This document shows, piece after piece, positions 37,831-48,005 of a stretch of 64,000 nt of DNA. The DNA comes from Candidatus Epilinea brevis (GTDB lineage: Bacteria > Chloroflexota > Anaerolineae > Epilineales > Epilineaceae). Numbering within the stretch: the first letter of the stretch is position 1; every line of letters starts with the position of its first letter. The notes beneath the pieces are model-generated. The model had not been told where the DNA came from. It made no database searches and was given only the letters and a program-made list of their open reading frames with translations. Made by a program: the position numbers and the translations under genes. The DNA is taken from NCBI GenBank assembly GCA_016710785.1, contig JADJUE010000013.1, forward strand, positions 43,007 through 107,006, written 5' to 3'.

Positions 37831-38609
37831 GACAGGGCGGCCGACGAGGGCTTGTCGGCGCCCACCAGAGCCAGAAACACGTTTTCCAGCGTCGCCGTGG
37901 CTTCCAGGCCGGCGGCCGCTCGCAGGTCCGCCAAGCCGCCTTCGGCGACCAATCGACCGTTCTGGATGATCGCCGCCCGATCGCAGAGCCGTTCAACCAA
38001 TTCCATCATGTGGGTGCTGAAGAACACCGTCACGCCGCGCTCGTCCACAAGGGCGCGCAGCAGATCCTTGATGGCCCGAGTCGAGACCGGATCCACACCT
38101 TCGAAGGGCTCATCCAGAAACAGGACCTGTGGATCCGGCAGCAGGGCGCAGGCCAAGGACAGTTTCTTGCGCATGCCGGTCGAGCCGTCGACCACCAGGC
38201 TACCGGCCTTGTCGGCCAGGTCCATGCGCTCCAGAAGCGCCGCCGATCGTCTCTCGATCGTCGCTGCCGGCAGCCCGTGCAAACGGCCCACCAGCTCCAG
38301 GTGCTCGCGCAGGCTCAGGCGTTCGTACAGCCCCAATTGCTCCGGAACCACGCCGATGCGCGCCTTCAGGGCCAGGCGCTCGTTGGCCACGTCGAGTCCT
38401 GCGACCACCGCCCGTCCCTCGCTGGGCATCATCAGGCCCGTGAGCATCTTCAACGTGGTGGTCTTGCCGGCTCCGTTGGGGCCAAGAAAGCCGAAGATGC
38501 AACCGGCGGGCACCGCAAGGTCAAGCCGGTCGACGGCGGTCATGGTTCCGAAGCGACGCGTCAGCCCGAAGGCTTGGATGGCCACAGGATGGATGGTGAC
38601 AGGGGGCAT
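37815..38609 (-). CDS. ABC transporter ATP-binding protein
   Basis: Walker A is GPNGAGKTTTLKML, the signature is STGMRKKLS and Walker B is VLFLDEPFEGVDP. Confidence 0.8.
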   Translation of the reverse strand: MPPVTIHPVAIQAFGLTRRFGTMTAVDRLDLAVPAGCIFGFLGPNGAGKTTTLKMLTGLMMPSEGRAVVAGLDVANERLALKARIGVVPEQLGLYERLSLREHLELVGRLHGLPAATIERRSAALLERMDLADKAGSLVVDGSTGMRKKLSLACALLPDPQVLFLDEPFEGVDPVSTRAIKDLLRALVDERGVTVFFSTHMMELVERLCDRAAIIQNGRLVAEGGLADLRAAAGLEATATLENVFLALVGADKPSSAALSWLDE

Positions 38610-38766
38610 GTTCAGATCTTAGCACAGGGCGCAATGACGGCCTGCGGCGACTGTAGACGAGTGCCGCTGCCAGAAGCCGCCGACCCACGAGGTCCGGACC
38701 GCCCGAAGTGGCTCACCCGCCGACTGTCTGCCCTTGTCGGCCCTCGATAGAGCGGTAGCGCAACGC

Positions 38767-39207
38767 TCAGCCGAGACCCAGGGCCACCTGGCGCGTCTGC
38801 CGGATCCCCTGGCGTCGACGGACCAGCATGACCACGCTCAAGGTCGCGACCACGGCGGTGCCGGCGCCAAGCAGGCGCAATGCATCCGGGCGCCTCAACA
38901 CCATCAGGGATCGCCGCCCCAAGTCCACGCCGCGCTCAGCAAGCGGCGCCTGTCGTCGAAGCTGACCTTGCTGTTGGCTCGCGGCGGCCACCAACTGCCG
39001 GCGCAAACGGTCCCGACCCGGCTGGTCCATTGACCGGGGCGGCAACGCGGCATCCAGCGAATAGGCCAAGCCCATCAGTAGACGCAGGTCATCCGTCTGC
39101 GCCGCCGCCAGTCGCCGTGCGGCGGTGCGGTCGCCCTGCCGCAGAAGTTCGGCATGGGCGTTCAAGCTGGTCTCGGCGTCCGTTGCCCGTTGGCTGTTGC
39201 CCATCAT
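38767..39207 (-). CDS. Putative anti-sigma factor (single-pass membrane protein)
   Basis: The start overlaps the ECF sigma stop (ATGA). The C-terminal TM is GAGTAVVATLSVVMLV, and the size and position are typical of anti-sigma factors. Confidence 0.45.
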   Translation of the reverse strand: MMGNSQRATDAETSLNAHAELLRQGDRTAARRLAAAQTDDLRLLMGLAYSLDAALPPRSMDQPGRDRLRRQLVAAASQQQGQLRRQAPLAERGVDLGRRSLMVLRRPDALRLLGAGTAVVATLSVVMLVRRRQGIRQTRQVALGLG

Positions 39208-39872
39208 GATGCTTGTCCCGTCGTTGTGGCCCCATCGGGGCCGGCATTCAGCTGCGCACGCAGCTCGCTCAAGGTACGGTGGTAGAGGCTCTTGATCGCG
39301 CCCTCCGTTCGCCCCAGAATGGCGGCGATCTCGGCGTTGCTCAATCCTTGACTGAATTTGTAGACCAGCAACGCCTGGCGATCCTCCTCCAGAAGTCGCA
39401 TGGCGGACAGCAGCAGCTGTCGGTTGAACAGGGTATCGGCGTCGCTGTCGTCGGAAGTGCCCGCCTGTGCGGCGGGATCGTCAGCCAGATCCTCCCACGG
39501 GGTCTGCCTGTGGCGACCCTGGCGCCGATGCCAGTTGGCCACCAGATTGTGGGCGATGCGGTAGAGCCAGGCCGCAAAGGGGTGACCGCGGCTCTCATAG
39601 GTGGACAGGCTGACCAGAGCGCGATGAAACGTCTGGGCGGTCAGATCCTCGGCATCGCTGGTGTTGGCGATGCGGTAACGGATGTAGTTGTAGATCGCGT
39701 CGCCATAGCGATCGTAGAGCCGACCGAAAGCCTCAGCGTTCAACCTGGCTTCAGCCACAAGCACATCGTCATGAGGTTCTACTGTATGTAACACGGCCAC
39801 CGCCAGATAGTTGCGCGTTGCGATGTCCAAAGTCGAAATGCACGAGCGCGGAACTGCCCGTGGGCCCATCAT
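39204..39872 (-). CDS. ECF-type RNA polymerase sigma-70 factor
   Basis: The region-2 motif is FGRLYDRYGDAIYNYIRYRI...AEDLTAQTFHRAL. Region 4 is LSNAEIAAILGRTEGAIKSLYHRTLSELR. The true start is probably internal to the tracked ORF. Confidence 0.7.
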   Translation of the reverse strand: MMGPRAVPRSCISTLDIATRNYLAVAVLHTVEPHDDVLVAEARLNAEAFGRLYDRYGDAIYNYIRYRIANTSDAEDLTAQTFHRALVSLSTYESRGHPFAAWLYRIAHNLVANWHRRQGRHRQTPWEDLADDPAAQAGTSDDSDADTLFNRQLLLSAMRLLEEDRQALLVYKFSQGLSNAEIAAILGRTEGAIKSLYHRTLSELRAQLNAGPDGATTTGQAS

Positions 39873-40006
39873 ACCGCGTAGGAGCGCCGGCGCACAAGGC
39901 GCGAGGGATGTATTGGCGCTGTGCTAGACTGTCGCTGGCGGTTCGGCATTCTCGCTACGGCAATGCTCGGACCGGCACAGGCGGTTGGTCCAGGAGGCAA
40001 GAAGCG

Positions 40007-40411
40007 ATGGCGACGAAGAGCACCAGCGTTGTCGTACCCATGGGGCGACGGATGACGGCCTGGTGGATGACCGGCCCAGCCATGCGGCCGGACAATCCCT
40101 TTGTGTGGCGTCCCCCCACCAATGTCTACGAGACGGTCGAGGGTCTCGTCATACAGATCGAGGTGGCCGGGCTGGCGGCGGATGACTTCCGGATCATCCT
40201 GCGCCCCAGGCGCCTCACCGTGTCCGGCGTCCGACGGCCGGTGCCGGGCTTGGGCCACAGCACTGCTTGCCTCCAGGTGGAGATCCCGGGCGGCAGCTTC
40301 CGCAGCGACGTCGAGCTTCCCTGGCCGGTGAACGTGGATGCCGTGCGCGCCGCCTACCGCCACGGCTTCATCTTCGTCGAGTTGTCCCGCGCCCAGGACG
40401 GCAGCCCGTGA
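40007..40411 (+). CDS. Hsp20/alpha-crystallin family small heat-shock protein
   Basis: GGAGG at 39994-39998 precedes ATG 40007. The alpha-crystallin-like core is WRPPTNVYETVEGLVIQIEVAGLAADDFRIIL...LTVSG. The gene lies immediately upstream of lon. Confidence 0.75.
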   Translation: MATKSTSVVVPMGRRMTAWWMTGPAMRPDNPFVWRPPTNVYETVEGLVIQIEVAGLAADDFRIILRPRRLTVSGVRRPVPGLGHSTACLQVEIPGGSFRSDVELPWPVNVDAVRAAYRHGFIFVELSRAQDGSP

Positions 40412-40422
40412 GCGCGGAATGG

Positions 40423-42918
40423 ATGCCGTCCCTGAGCAACGATGCAAATCCTGAGGACGAACCAGGGCGCTCGGTTCCTGTTCATATCCAACCTGGCGCG
40501 GAGGGTCATCCGGAGGAAGATGAGCCGGCGATACCCGATGAGCTTGCCGTCCTGCCCTTGCGCAACGCGGTTGCCTTCCCCCTGAGCTTCATGCCGTTGG
40601 GCGTCGCTCAGCCCCGTTCCCGGCGGCTGGTCGATGCCGCGACGGTGGGCGAACGGGTCATCGCCCTTTTGGCCTCGAAAGACCCCGAGAAGGACGAGCC
40701 AGGTCCGGATGACGTCTACCAGGTAGGGACGGCAGTCTATCTGCACCGCATGGTGCGCAGCTCGGAAGGAAACGTCGCCATCTTCGTGCAGGGCCTCAAG
40801 CGCATCCGCATCCTGTCCTGGACCGATACCGAGCCCTACCTCAAGGCTCGAGTGGAGGTGCTGCCGGATGAGCGACCGGAGCCCGGCGTCGAATTGGAGG
40901 CGCTGGAGAAGAGCGCGCGAGAGCTCTTCTCACGGATGGTCAATCTGGTGCCGTACCTGCCTGATGAGTTGCTCGGGGCGGCGGAGCATATCGAGGATCC
41001 ACGGGCCTTGTCCTACTTCATCGCCTCCAACCTGCGCATCGACTCGCCGCTGGCTCAGGAGATCCTGGAAATGCCGGACGCCGCGGACCGTCTGCGGTCG
41101 CTGATCGGATTCCTGTCGCGCGAGCTTGAGGTGCTGGAGATCGGCCGGCGCATCCAACAGGAGGCGCGCGGCGAAATGGACAAGGTGCAGCGCGAGTACT
41201 ACCTCCGCCAGCAGCTGAAGGCCATTCAGAAGGAGTTGGGCGAGCGCGATGAGAGCCAGGCCTACGCCACAGAGATCGAAGCCCGCCTGGAAGCGCTGCA
41301 GCTGCCCAAAGAGGCGCGGGAGGAAGCTTTCCGGGAACTGGGGCGGCTCAAGGCATTGCCGGAAGCTTCGGCTGAGTACGGCGTCATTCGCGGCTACCTG
41401 GATTGGATCGCCAGCTTGCCATGGAACACCTACAGCGATGACAACCTGGACATCGCCCATGCCCGCTCAGTGCTGGATGCCGACCACTTCGGATTGAAGG
41501 ACGTGAAGTCTCGCATCCTGGAGTACCTCGCCGTCCAGAAGCTGCGCCGCGAGCGAGTGGAAGGTGAGGGCAGCGAGCTGTCCGGGGCCATTCTGGCCCT
41601 GTTCGGTCCTCCAGGCGTTGGCAAGACCAGCCTGGGCCGATCTGTGGCCCGCGCCTTGGGCCGCCAGTTCGTGCGCATGAGCCTGGGTGGGTTGCATGAC
41701 GAGGCGGAGATACGCGGGCATCGCCGCACCTACATCGGGGCCATGCCCGGCCGCATCATCCAGGGCCTCAAGCGCGCCGGGACCCGCAATCCCGTGTTCA
41801 TGCTGGACGAGATCGACAAACTGGGCTCGAGCTTCCGCGGTGATCCGGAGAGCGCGCTGCTAGAAGTGCTGGATCCGCATCAGAACCGCGAGTTCCGAGA
41901 CCTCTACCTGGACATGCCCTTCAACTTGAGCGAGGTGCTCTTCATCTGCACCGGCAATGTGCTGGCCCAGGTGGCCGGTCCGCTGCGCGACCGGATGGAG
42001 GTGATCGAGTTGAGTGGCTATACCGAGACGGAGAAGGTCGCGATCGCCAAGGGCTATCTCGTCCCACGGCAACTGACCGAGAACGGATTGCGTCCCGGCG
42101 AACTGACCCTGGAAGATGCGGCGCTGAGCGAAATCATCCGTCGCTATACCCGGGAGGCCGGAGTGCGCGGCCTGGAGCGACAGATCGGCAAGGTAGCGCG
42201 CAAAGCCGCTGTGCTGGTGGCCGGTGGAGAGAAGGAGGCCATCACCGTTTCGGCCGTCCAGGTGCCAACCCATCTCGGCCAGCCGCGCTTCTTCGACGAG
42301 GTGGCTGAGCGTACGGCGGTGCCCGGCGTGGCCACGGGGCTCGCCTATACCGCGGTGGGTGGAGATGTTCTCTTCGTGGAGGCCAGCGCCGCCGCGGGTG
42401 GCAGAGGCTTCCTGGTGACGGGACAGCTGGGCGATGTCATGCGTGAAAGCGCGCAGGCCGCCCTCAGCTATGTGCGCTCGCGCGCCGAGGACCTGGGCAT
42501 CGAGCCTGGCTGGTTCGCCGGCCATGACCTGCATCTGCATGTTCCGGCGGGCGCCACCCCCAAGGATGGCCCTTCAGCCGGCGTGACCATGGCCACCGCG
42601 CTATTGAGTCTGATCTCCGGCCGTTCGGTGCGCCCCGACGTCGGAATGACCGGCGAGATCACCCTGCGTGGGCGGGTACTGCCTATCGGCGGCGTCAAGG
42701 AGAAGGTACTCGCGGCTCACCGCGCCGGACTGCGGACCATCATCCTTCCCGCGCGCAATCTGGCCGACCTGGACGAGGTGCCCTTAGAAGTGCGGGAAGC
42801 GATGCACTTCGTCGGCGTGGAGCGGATCGACGAGGTCTGGGCGGAGGCCTTGGTGGGTGGCATCCCGCGGCCGGGCCTGGCCAGCGTGGAACTGCCGCAA
42901 GACCAGGCCGTGGAGTAG
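40423..42918 (+). CDS. lon: ATP-dependent Lon protease (LonA)
   Basis: There is a Lon N-terminal domain. The AAA+ module has GPPGVGKTS and DEIDKL. The catalytic-Ser region is [18 protein letters not shown] with a [12 protein letters not shown] Lys. The in-frame GTG at 40408 is an alternative start. Confidence 0.9.
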   Translation: MPSLSNDANPEDEPGRSVPVHIQPGAEGHPEEDEPAIPDELAVLPLRNAVAFPLSFMPLGVAQPRSRRLVDAATVGERVIALLASKDPEKDEPGPDDVYQVGTAVYLHRMVRSSEGNVAIFVQGLKRIRILSWTDTEPYLKARVEVLPDERPEPGVELEALEKSARELFSRMVNLVPYLPDELLGAAEHIEDPRALSYFIASNLRIDSPLAQEILEMPDAADRLRSLIGFLSRELEVLEIGRRIQQEARGEMDKVQREYYLRQQLKAIQKELGERDESQAYATEIEARLEALQLPKEAREEAFRELGRLKALPEASAEYGVIRGYLDWIASLPWNTYSDDNLDIAHARSVLDADHFGLKDVKSRILEYLAVQKLRRERVEGEGSELSGAILALFGPPGVGKTSLGRSVARALGRQFVRMSLGGLHDEAEIRGHRRTYIGAMPGRIIQGLKRAGTRNPVFMLDEIDKLGSSFRGDPESALLEVLDPHQNREFRDLYLDMPFNLSEVLFICTGNVLAQVAGPLRDRMEVIELSGYTETEKVAIAKGYLVPRQLTENGLRPGELTLEDAALSEIIRRYTREAGVRGLERQIGKVARKAAVLVAGGEKEAITVSAVQVPTHLGQPRFFDEVAERTAVPGVATGLAYTAVGGDVLFVEASAAAGGRGFLVTGQLGDVMRESAQAALSYVRSRAEDLGIEPGWFAGHDLHLHVPAGATPKDGPSAGVTMATALLSLISGRSVRPDVGMTGEITLRGRVLPIGGVKEKVLAAHRAGLRTIILPARNLADLDEVPLEVREAMHFVGVERIDEVWAEALVGGIPRPGLASVELPQDQAVE

Positions 42919-43048
42919 CTGGCCTGTGCCGCCTACCGGCGTTGCTACCGGTGGCGCCGGCTCGGCGTAAGCGACGGCAGGGCCCCATCGGACCGGGCGG
43001 CGTCGTCGCTCCGATTGCGCTGACGGGGCAGGTGCAGGAGGCACCGTC

Positions 43049-45118
43049 ATGCAATATGTTCTCGGAACGCTGGTATTGGTCGTGGCTATCTACTTCCTCT
43101 TGGGGTCCATCACCGGCATCCGCCTGATCCCCAACAACCGGGTGGGCATCGTGGAGAAGCGCTTCAGCGGGCGCGGCTCCTTGAAGCAGGGTTTCATCGC
43201 CCAGGCCGGGGAGGCCGGTTTCCAACCGCAATTGCTGCGTGGCGGCCTGCACTTCCTGATGCCGGTGCAATACCGGGTGCACACCACATCGCTCGTGACC
43301 ATTCCGCAGGGCAAGATGGGCTATGTCTTTGCCCGTGACGGCCAGCAGCTCCAGCCCGGCCAGGTGCTGGCCAGCAATGCTCAGGTGGTGGACTTCCAGG
43401 ATGCCGGCGCCTTCTTGCGCGGCGGCGGGCAGCGCGGACCGCAGCGGCAGGTGCTGCGCGAGGGCACCTACGCCATCAACCTGGCTCAGTTCGTGGTCAT
43501 CACCGAGGACGAGGTCTTCGCGATGCCGCTGTCCGCGGAAGATAAGGCCATGATCAACGAGATGGCCACGGTCATCGAGCAGCGCGACGGATTCAGGCCG
43601 GTGGTGATCAAGGATGCTGACGATTCAATGGGTGTCGTGACCGTTCACGACGGGCCTTCGCTGCCCCCCGGCGAGATCATTGCGCCCACCGTCGGTGAGG
43701 ACCGGGAGCATTCGGACACATTCCACAACAGTTTTCAGGACGCCGACCGCTTTCTGGCCGCCGGCGGCATGCGCGGTCGCCAGCTGCAGGTGCTGGTGGA
43801 AGGCAGCTACTTCATCAATCGCCTCTTTGCCACGGTGGAGATGGTCCCCAAGACGGTGATCGAGGTGGGCTACGCTGGGGTGGTGGTGTCTTACACCGGC
43901 CAATCCGGCCAGGACATCTCCGGTGAGACCTACCGGCACGGCGAGCTGGTGTCACCCGGTTTCCGGGGCGTCTGGAGCGAGCCGCTCCTACCGGGGAAGT
44001 ACGCCTTCAATACCTACGCCGGCAAGGTCGTGAGCGTGCCCACCACGAACATCATCCTGAAATGGAGCCGCTCAGAGTCCGGCGTGCACCGCTACGACGA
44101 GAACCTGGCCGAGGTGAGCCTGATCACCAAGGACGCTTTCGAGCCCAACCTGCCTCTATCGGTCGTCATCCACATCGACTACCGCGAGGCGCCTCTGGTG
44201 ATCCAGCGTTTCGGGGACATCAAGCGCCTGGTGGAGCAGACCCTGGACCCGATGGTCAGCGCCTACTTCAAGAACATCGGCCAGACGCGGACGCTCATCC
44301 AGCTCATCCAGGACCGTTCGGTCATCCAGATGCAGTCCTCGGAGGAGATGAAGAGCAAGTTTGCGCATTACAACCTGCACCTGGAAGAGGTGCTGATCGG
44401 CACGCCCACCTCTTCGCCGGGTGACAACAAGATCGAGGTCATCCTCACCCAGCTGCGCAACCGCCAGATCGCCGAGGAGCAGGTGGAGACCTACCAGCGG
44501 CAGGAGAAGGCAGCGGTTCAGGAACGGATGCTGCGCGAGGCCGAGTCCCGTGCTCGCCAACAGCAACTGCTGACGGAATCCGAACTCAACATCACCGTGT
44601 TGACCAATCAGGGCAAGGCGGACTACCAGCGCGCCTTGCAGCAGGCCGCGCAGATCCGTGCTCTCGCCGAGGCGGAGGCGGAGAAGTCCGCGCGCATCGG
44701 CATCGCCCAGGCCTTGGCCATCGAGGAACAGGTCAGGGCTTACGGCGGGCCGCAGTTCCAGGTGGCACGAGAAGTGATGTCGCGCTTCGCCGACGCCATC
44801 CAGCATTCGAAGGTCGATGTGGTGCCCAAGATCCTGATCGGCGCTTCTGCCGGTGCTGGAGCGCAGGGCGGCGGCACGGGCTCGGTGATCGAGGCCCTGC
44901 TCACCCTGCTGCTCTCGGAGCGGATGGGGGTGTCGTTGGGTGGCGATCTCCCGCGCAGCCCGGAGGTGGATGTCATGCGCGATCGGCTTCGCGCAGCCCT
45001 GGCGGCAGCGCCGGCTGCTCCGGACACGGAGAGATCCCAGATCTCTACCGTAGTCCCGCCGACTGCGCCGTCGTCTCCTGCGGATTCTTCAGACGACGCG
45101 AGTCCGCCCACGGTATGA
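43049..45118 (+). CDS. SPFH/band-7 (flotillin-like) membrane protein
   Basis: AGGAGG RBS. There is an N-terminal TM helix (LGTLVLVVAIYFLLGSI), then a long SPFH-type region, a coiled-coil with EAEAEK-like Ala/Glu repeats, and a Pro/Ser-rich tail. Confidence 0.7.
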   Translation: MQYVLGTLVLVVAIYFLLGSITGIRLIPNNRVGIVEKRFSGRGSLKQGFIAQAGEAGFQPQLLRGGLHFLMPVQYRVHTTSLVTIPQGKMGYVFARDGQQLQPGQVLASNAQVVDFQDAGAFLRGGGQRGPQRQVLREGTYAINLAQFVVITEDEVFAMPLSAEDKAMINEMATVIEQRDGFRPVVIKDADDSMGVVTVHDGPSLPPGEIIAPTVGEDREHSDTFHNSFQDADRFLAAGGMRGRQLQVLVEGSYFINRLFATVEMVPKTVIEVGYAGVVVSYTGQSGQDISGETYRHGELVSPGFRGVWSEPLLPGKYAFNTYAGKVVSVPTTNIILKWSRSESGVHRYDENLAEVSLITKDAFEPNLPLSVVIHIDYREAPLVIQRFGDIKRLVEQTLDPMVSAYFKNIGQTRTLIQLIQDRSVIQMQSSEEMKSKFAHYNLHLEEVLIGTPTSSPGDNKIEVILTQLRNRQIAEEQVETYQRQEKAAVQERMLREAESRARQQQLLTESELNITVLTNQGKADYQRALQQAAQIRALAEAEAEKSARIGIAQALAIEEQVRAYGGPQFQVAREVMSRFADAIQHSKVDVVPKILIGASAGAGAQGGGTGSVIEALLTLLLSERMGVSLGGDLPRSPEVDVMRDRLRAALAAAPAAPDTERSQISTVVPPTAPSSPADSSDDASPPTV

Positions 45119-45221
45119 GCGCTTATCAGTAGGAGAATGCAAGGGCGGGGTGGCCCGAGAGGGCGCCCCGCCGTAGCTCCCCGGCCGACCTCCCCAGGTC
45201 TGTTCGACCGACCGGAAGCGA

Positions 45222-46190
45222 TCAATCCCGCAAGGTCTGGGCAATGAGCAGCAACTCAGCGTCAAGGTCTTTCTGCCGGCTTCCCACCTGCTCCAAGGTC
45301 AGTGCGCGAAGGCGTCCCTCGTGCGAGCCCAGGAGCACACCGTGTTCGCCATGCGCCAGGCAAGCCACTGCGGCGGCGCCGAGTCGCGTCCCAAGCATGC
45401 GGTCGGCGTAAGTCGGGGTGCCACCACGCTGCACATGGCCAAGGATGGTCAAGCGAACCCGAGGGGCATTGTCATCCAGTTGTGCTTCCGCAAAGGCCCT
45501 GGCGAGGCCCGCGGCGCCGCCACGCCAACCTTCGGCTACCACGCCCACCGCATACCCTTTGCGGTCGAAGGCATCACGCAATTCGACCATGAGGTCCAGC
45601 TCGTCGCTGTCTGTTTCTGGAATGGCGATGATCTCGGCCCCTCCGGCGATGCCGGCGTTCAGGGCTAGATAGCCGCAGTCCCGTCCCATCACCTCAACCA
45701 GGAAGATGCGCCCGTGGGAGCTGGCGGTGCTCCGGATGCGGTCGAGCGACTCCAGCACCACATTCAGGGCCGTGTCCACGCCGAGGCTGACGTCGACCCC
45801 CCAAAGGTCGTTGTCGATGGTCGATGCCAGACCGACCACCGGGAACCCCAAGCGGCTGAGAGCCAGCGAGCCCCGCTGACTTCCATTGCCACCCACCACC
45901 ACGAGGCCGTCGATGTTCCGCTGCGCCAACTGCTGGAGCGCTGCTTCCTGACCGACCGCGCCGCTGAACTCTGGTGCTCGAGCCGAGCGCAACATCGTGC
46001 CGCCCAGCTGCATGATGCCGCCGACCGCGCGGCTGTCCAAGGGCTGGAAGTCACCTGCCATCAAGCCACGGAAGCCCTCGAGAACGCCAACAACGTCCCA
46101 GTTGCGCTGGCTGCCCGCGCGCACCACGGCCCGAATGGCCGCATTCATACCCGGGGCGTCGCCGCCGCTGGTCAGGATGGCGATGCGCAT
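45222..46190 (-). CDS. pfkA: ATP-dependent 6-phosphofructokinase
   Basis: MRIAILTSGGDAPGMNAAIRAVVR, GLVVVGGNGS and VMGRDCGYLAL are diagnostic. Confidence 0.85.
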   Translation of the reverse strand: MRIAILTSGGDAPGMNAAIRAVVRAGSQRNWDVVGVLEGFRGLMAGDFQPLDSRAVGGIMQLGGTMLRSARAPEFSGAVGQEAALQQLAQRNIDGLVVVGGNGSQRGSLALSRLGFPVVGLASTIDNDLWGVDVSLGVDTALNVVLESLDRIRSTASSHGRIFLVEVMGRDCGYLALNAGIAGGAEIIAIPETDSDELDLMVELRDAFDRKGYAVGVVAEGWRGGAAGLARAFAEAQLDDNAPRVRLTILGHVQRGGTPTYADRMLGTRLGAAAVACLAHGEHGVLLGSHEGRLRALTLEQVGSRQKDLDAELLLIAQTLRD

Positions 46191-46192
46191 CG

Positions 46193-47074
46193 CTAACGCC
46201 TGCCGGGGGGCATGCGTCCCGGATCGACCACCCTGGTGGGCTCCTCGGTTGGCTTGATTTCGGGTGTCTCGGATACATCCCGCCCGGGTGTCGGCGTCCT
46301 GGTAGACTCGCGCTGTTCGGTGGGCTTGAACGTCGGACTCGCGGGTGGACTCGTGGGAGGCAGGTCGGTTTTGGACGGCACGATGACGGGTGTGTCAGTC
46401 GGGACGGCCGTCTGGGTTACCGGTGGCGGCGTTTCCGAGTGACGAACAGTTGCTGTGGCTCTGGCTGTTGGGTCTTCCTGGTCCGGAGCGGCGGGTTGAG
46501 GCGGGAGCATGGTCGAGGTAGGCGTCATCGTGGCGCTGCGTGTCACGGCCCGATGCTGCGGTAACGCTGTGCCGAGCGTCGAGCGGGCCGAGGCCGCCGC
46601 GCCAGCTGTGGCGCTGGGCGTGTGGGTCGCGCTGGCGGAAACGCTGGCGATCGCCGTCGCGGCAGGTCGAATGGCAGTTGCGCCGACTGTCGGCATCGAA
46701 GGAGCCACAGAGGTTCCGGACTCTTCCCTGACCGCCAGCCAAACCAAGATGGCGAGCGCGGCCAACGCCGCAAGGACCACGGCCGCGCGGGTCCGGCCGG
46801 GCGGCGCGACGGCAGGCTTAGGTGCCGGACCTGGAGATTCCGCCGATGGCTCGGGTCGCCTGGGTCCGCCGGGTTCCAGAGCCAGGCGAGCCGCCAGCCG
46901 TTCGGCCAAGCCGAGTGGCGCGGGCAAAGCCTGCAGCCGTCTGACATGCCCGGCGGTAGCCAAGAGGTCGGCAAGCTCGCCCTGAACGGGCGATGCAGGA
47001 GCGCCCCCCCCTGAATCGGAGGCCAGCGCCACTTCCAGAGCCCGAGCGAAGTCCCGGTCGGAGGCGTCGCTCAT
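46193..47074 (-). CDS. Putative anti-sigma factor with a Pro/Thr-rich extracytoplasmic region
   Basis: The start overlaps the ECF sigma stop (ATGA). There is a single TM, AAVVLAALAALAILVWLAV, followed by low-complexity T/P/A/S-rich sequence. Confidence 0.45.
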   Translation of the reverse strand: MSDASDRDFARALEVALASDSGGGAPASPVQGELADLLATAGHVRRLQALPAPLGLAERLAARLALEPGGPRRPEPSAESPGPAPKPAVAPPGRTRAAVVLAALAALAILVWLAVREESGTSVAPSMPTVGATAIRPAATAIASVSASATHTPSATAGAAASARSTLGTALPQHRAVTRSATMTPTSTMLPPQPAAPDQEDPTARATATVRHSETPPPVTQTAVPTDTPVIVPSKTDLPPTSPPASPTFKPTEQRESTRTPTPGRDVSETPEIKPTEEPTRVVDPGRMPPGRR

Positions 47075-47643
47075 CGGTGCGCCGTTCCGCGCTGCTCGTT
47101 TGCCGAAAGCTGCCGTCTGAGGGCAGCCAGACCATGATGTTGCAGGTTGTGCACGGCGTTCTCCGAACGGTCCAGAATCCCTCCCGTCTCGGCGGCGCTG
47201 AGGCCGACAATGAACCGAAGGGTGACCACCTGCCGCTGAAGGGCGGTCAGGCTTTCCATGGCTGTCATCACTTCCTGGCTGAGAAGAAGCTGCTCCGCAG
47301 TAGCCCGCGGGTCCCCTTCAAGCGAAACCGCCGTATCCACAGGTTCACGGTCGACTGGAGGCGCTGGGCGCCGTGCCTGATCGCGCCAGTGATTTCGCAC
47401 GCGATTCTGCGCGATACGCAACAACCAGACCCGGAAGCGGTCCGGATCGCGCAACTCGCCGAGTGATCGGTGGGCTTGCAGAAACACCTCTTGGCAGATG
47501 TCCTCGGCCAGCTCTCGCTGCCGAACCTGGAACAGGACGGCTCGATAGACCAGCGCAAGGTGTCCGCGGTAGAGCTGCGCAAAGGCGGCGTGGTCTCCGC
47601 GGCCGGCGGCCTCGACGACCGCAGCGTCCGTGGACTCAGTCAT
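47071..47643 (-). CDS. ECF-type RNA polymerase sigma-70 factor
   Basis: Region 2 is FAQLYRGHLALVYRAVLFQVRQRELAEDICQEVFLQA. Region 4 is LSAAETGGILDRSENAVHNLQHHGLAALR. Confidence 0.75.
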   Translation of the reverse strand: MTESTDAAVVEAAGRGDHAAFAQLYRGHLALVYRAVLFQVRQRELAEDICQEVFLQAHRSLGELRDPDRFRVWLLRIAQNRVRNHWRDQARRPAPPVDREPVDTAVSLEGDPRATAEQLLLSQEVMTAMESLTALQRQVVTLRFIVGLSAAETGGILDRSENAVHNLQHHGLAALRRQLSANEQRGTAHR

Positions 47644-48005
47644 GAGTCGACCAATCCGCCACTACGTATCCCGTGCTCCATACAACCGACACCGGAAGCA
47701 TCCATGTCCATAGACTCTGGCAAGAGGTTGACGTCGGCACACTCGACCCACCGCCGGTCGTAGCGGCCGCAGGCTTGGATCAGATCCAGGAAGAACCTGG
47801 CAGGCATGGCGAAGAGCCCCTTATGCTGGCGCCGCTCCGGCCGACCCGGTCAATCGGCCGGCCGGTCGGCAACGACCTGCATTGTGCGCTGACCGAATCT
47901 CACTTGTCAAACCGATGGCCACGACGCCACAACCCCTTCGGCCGAAGCTGAATGCCGGACGACGAGCCTGGCGAAGGGGAATCCGCGCACCCGTCGCGAG
48001 TCGCC

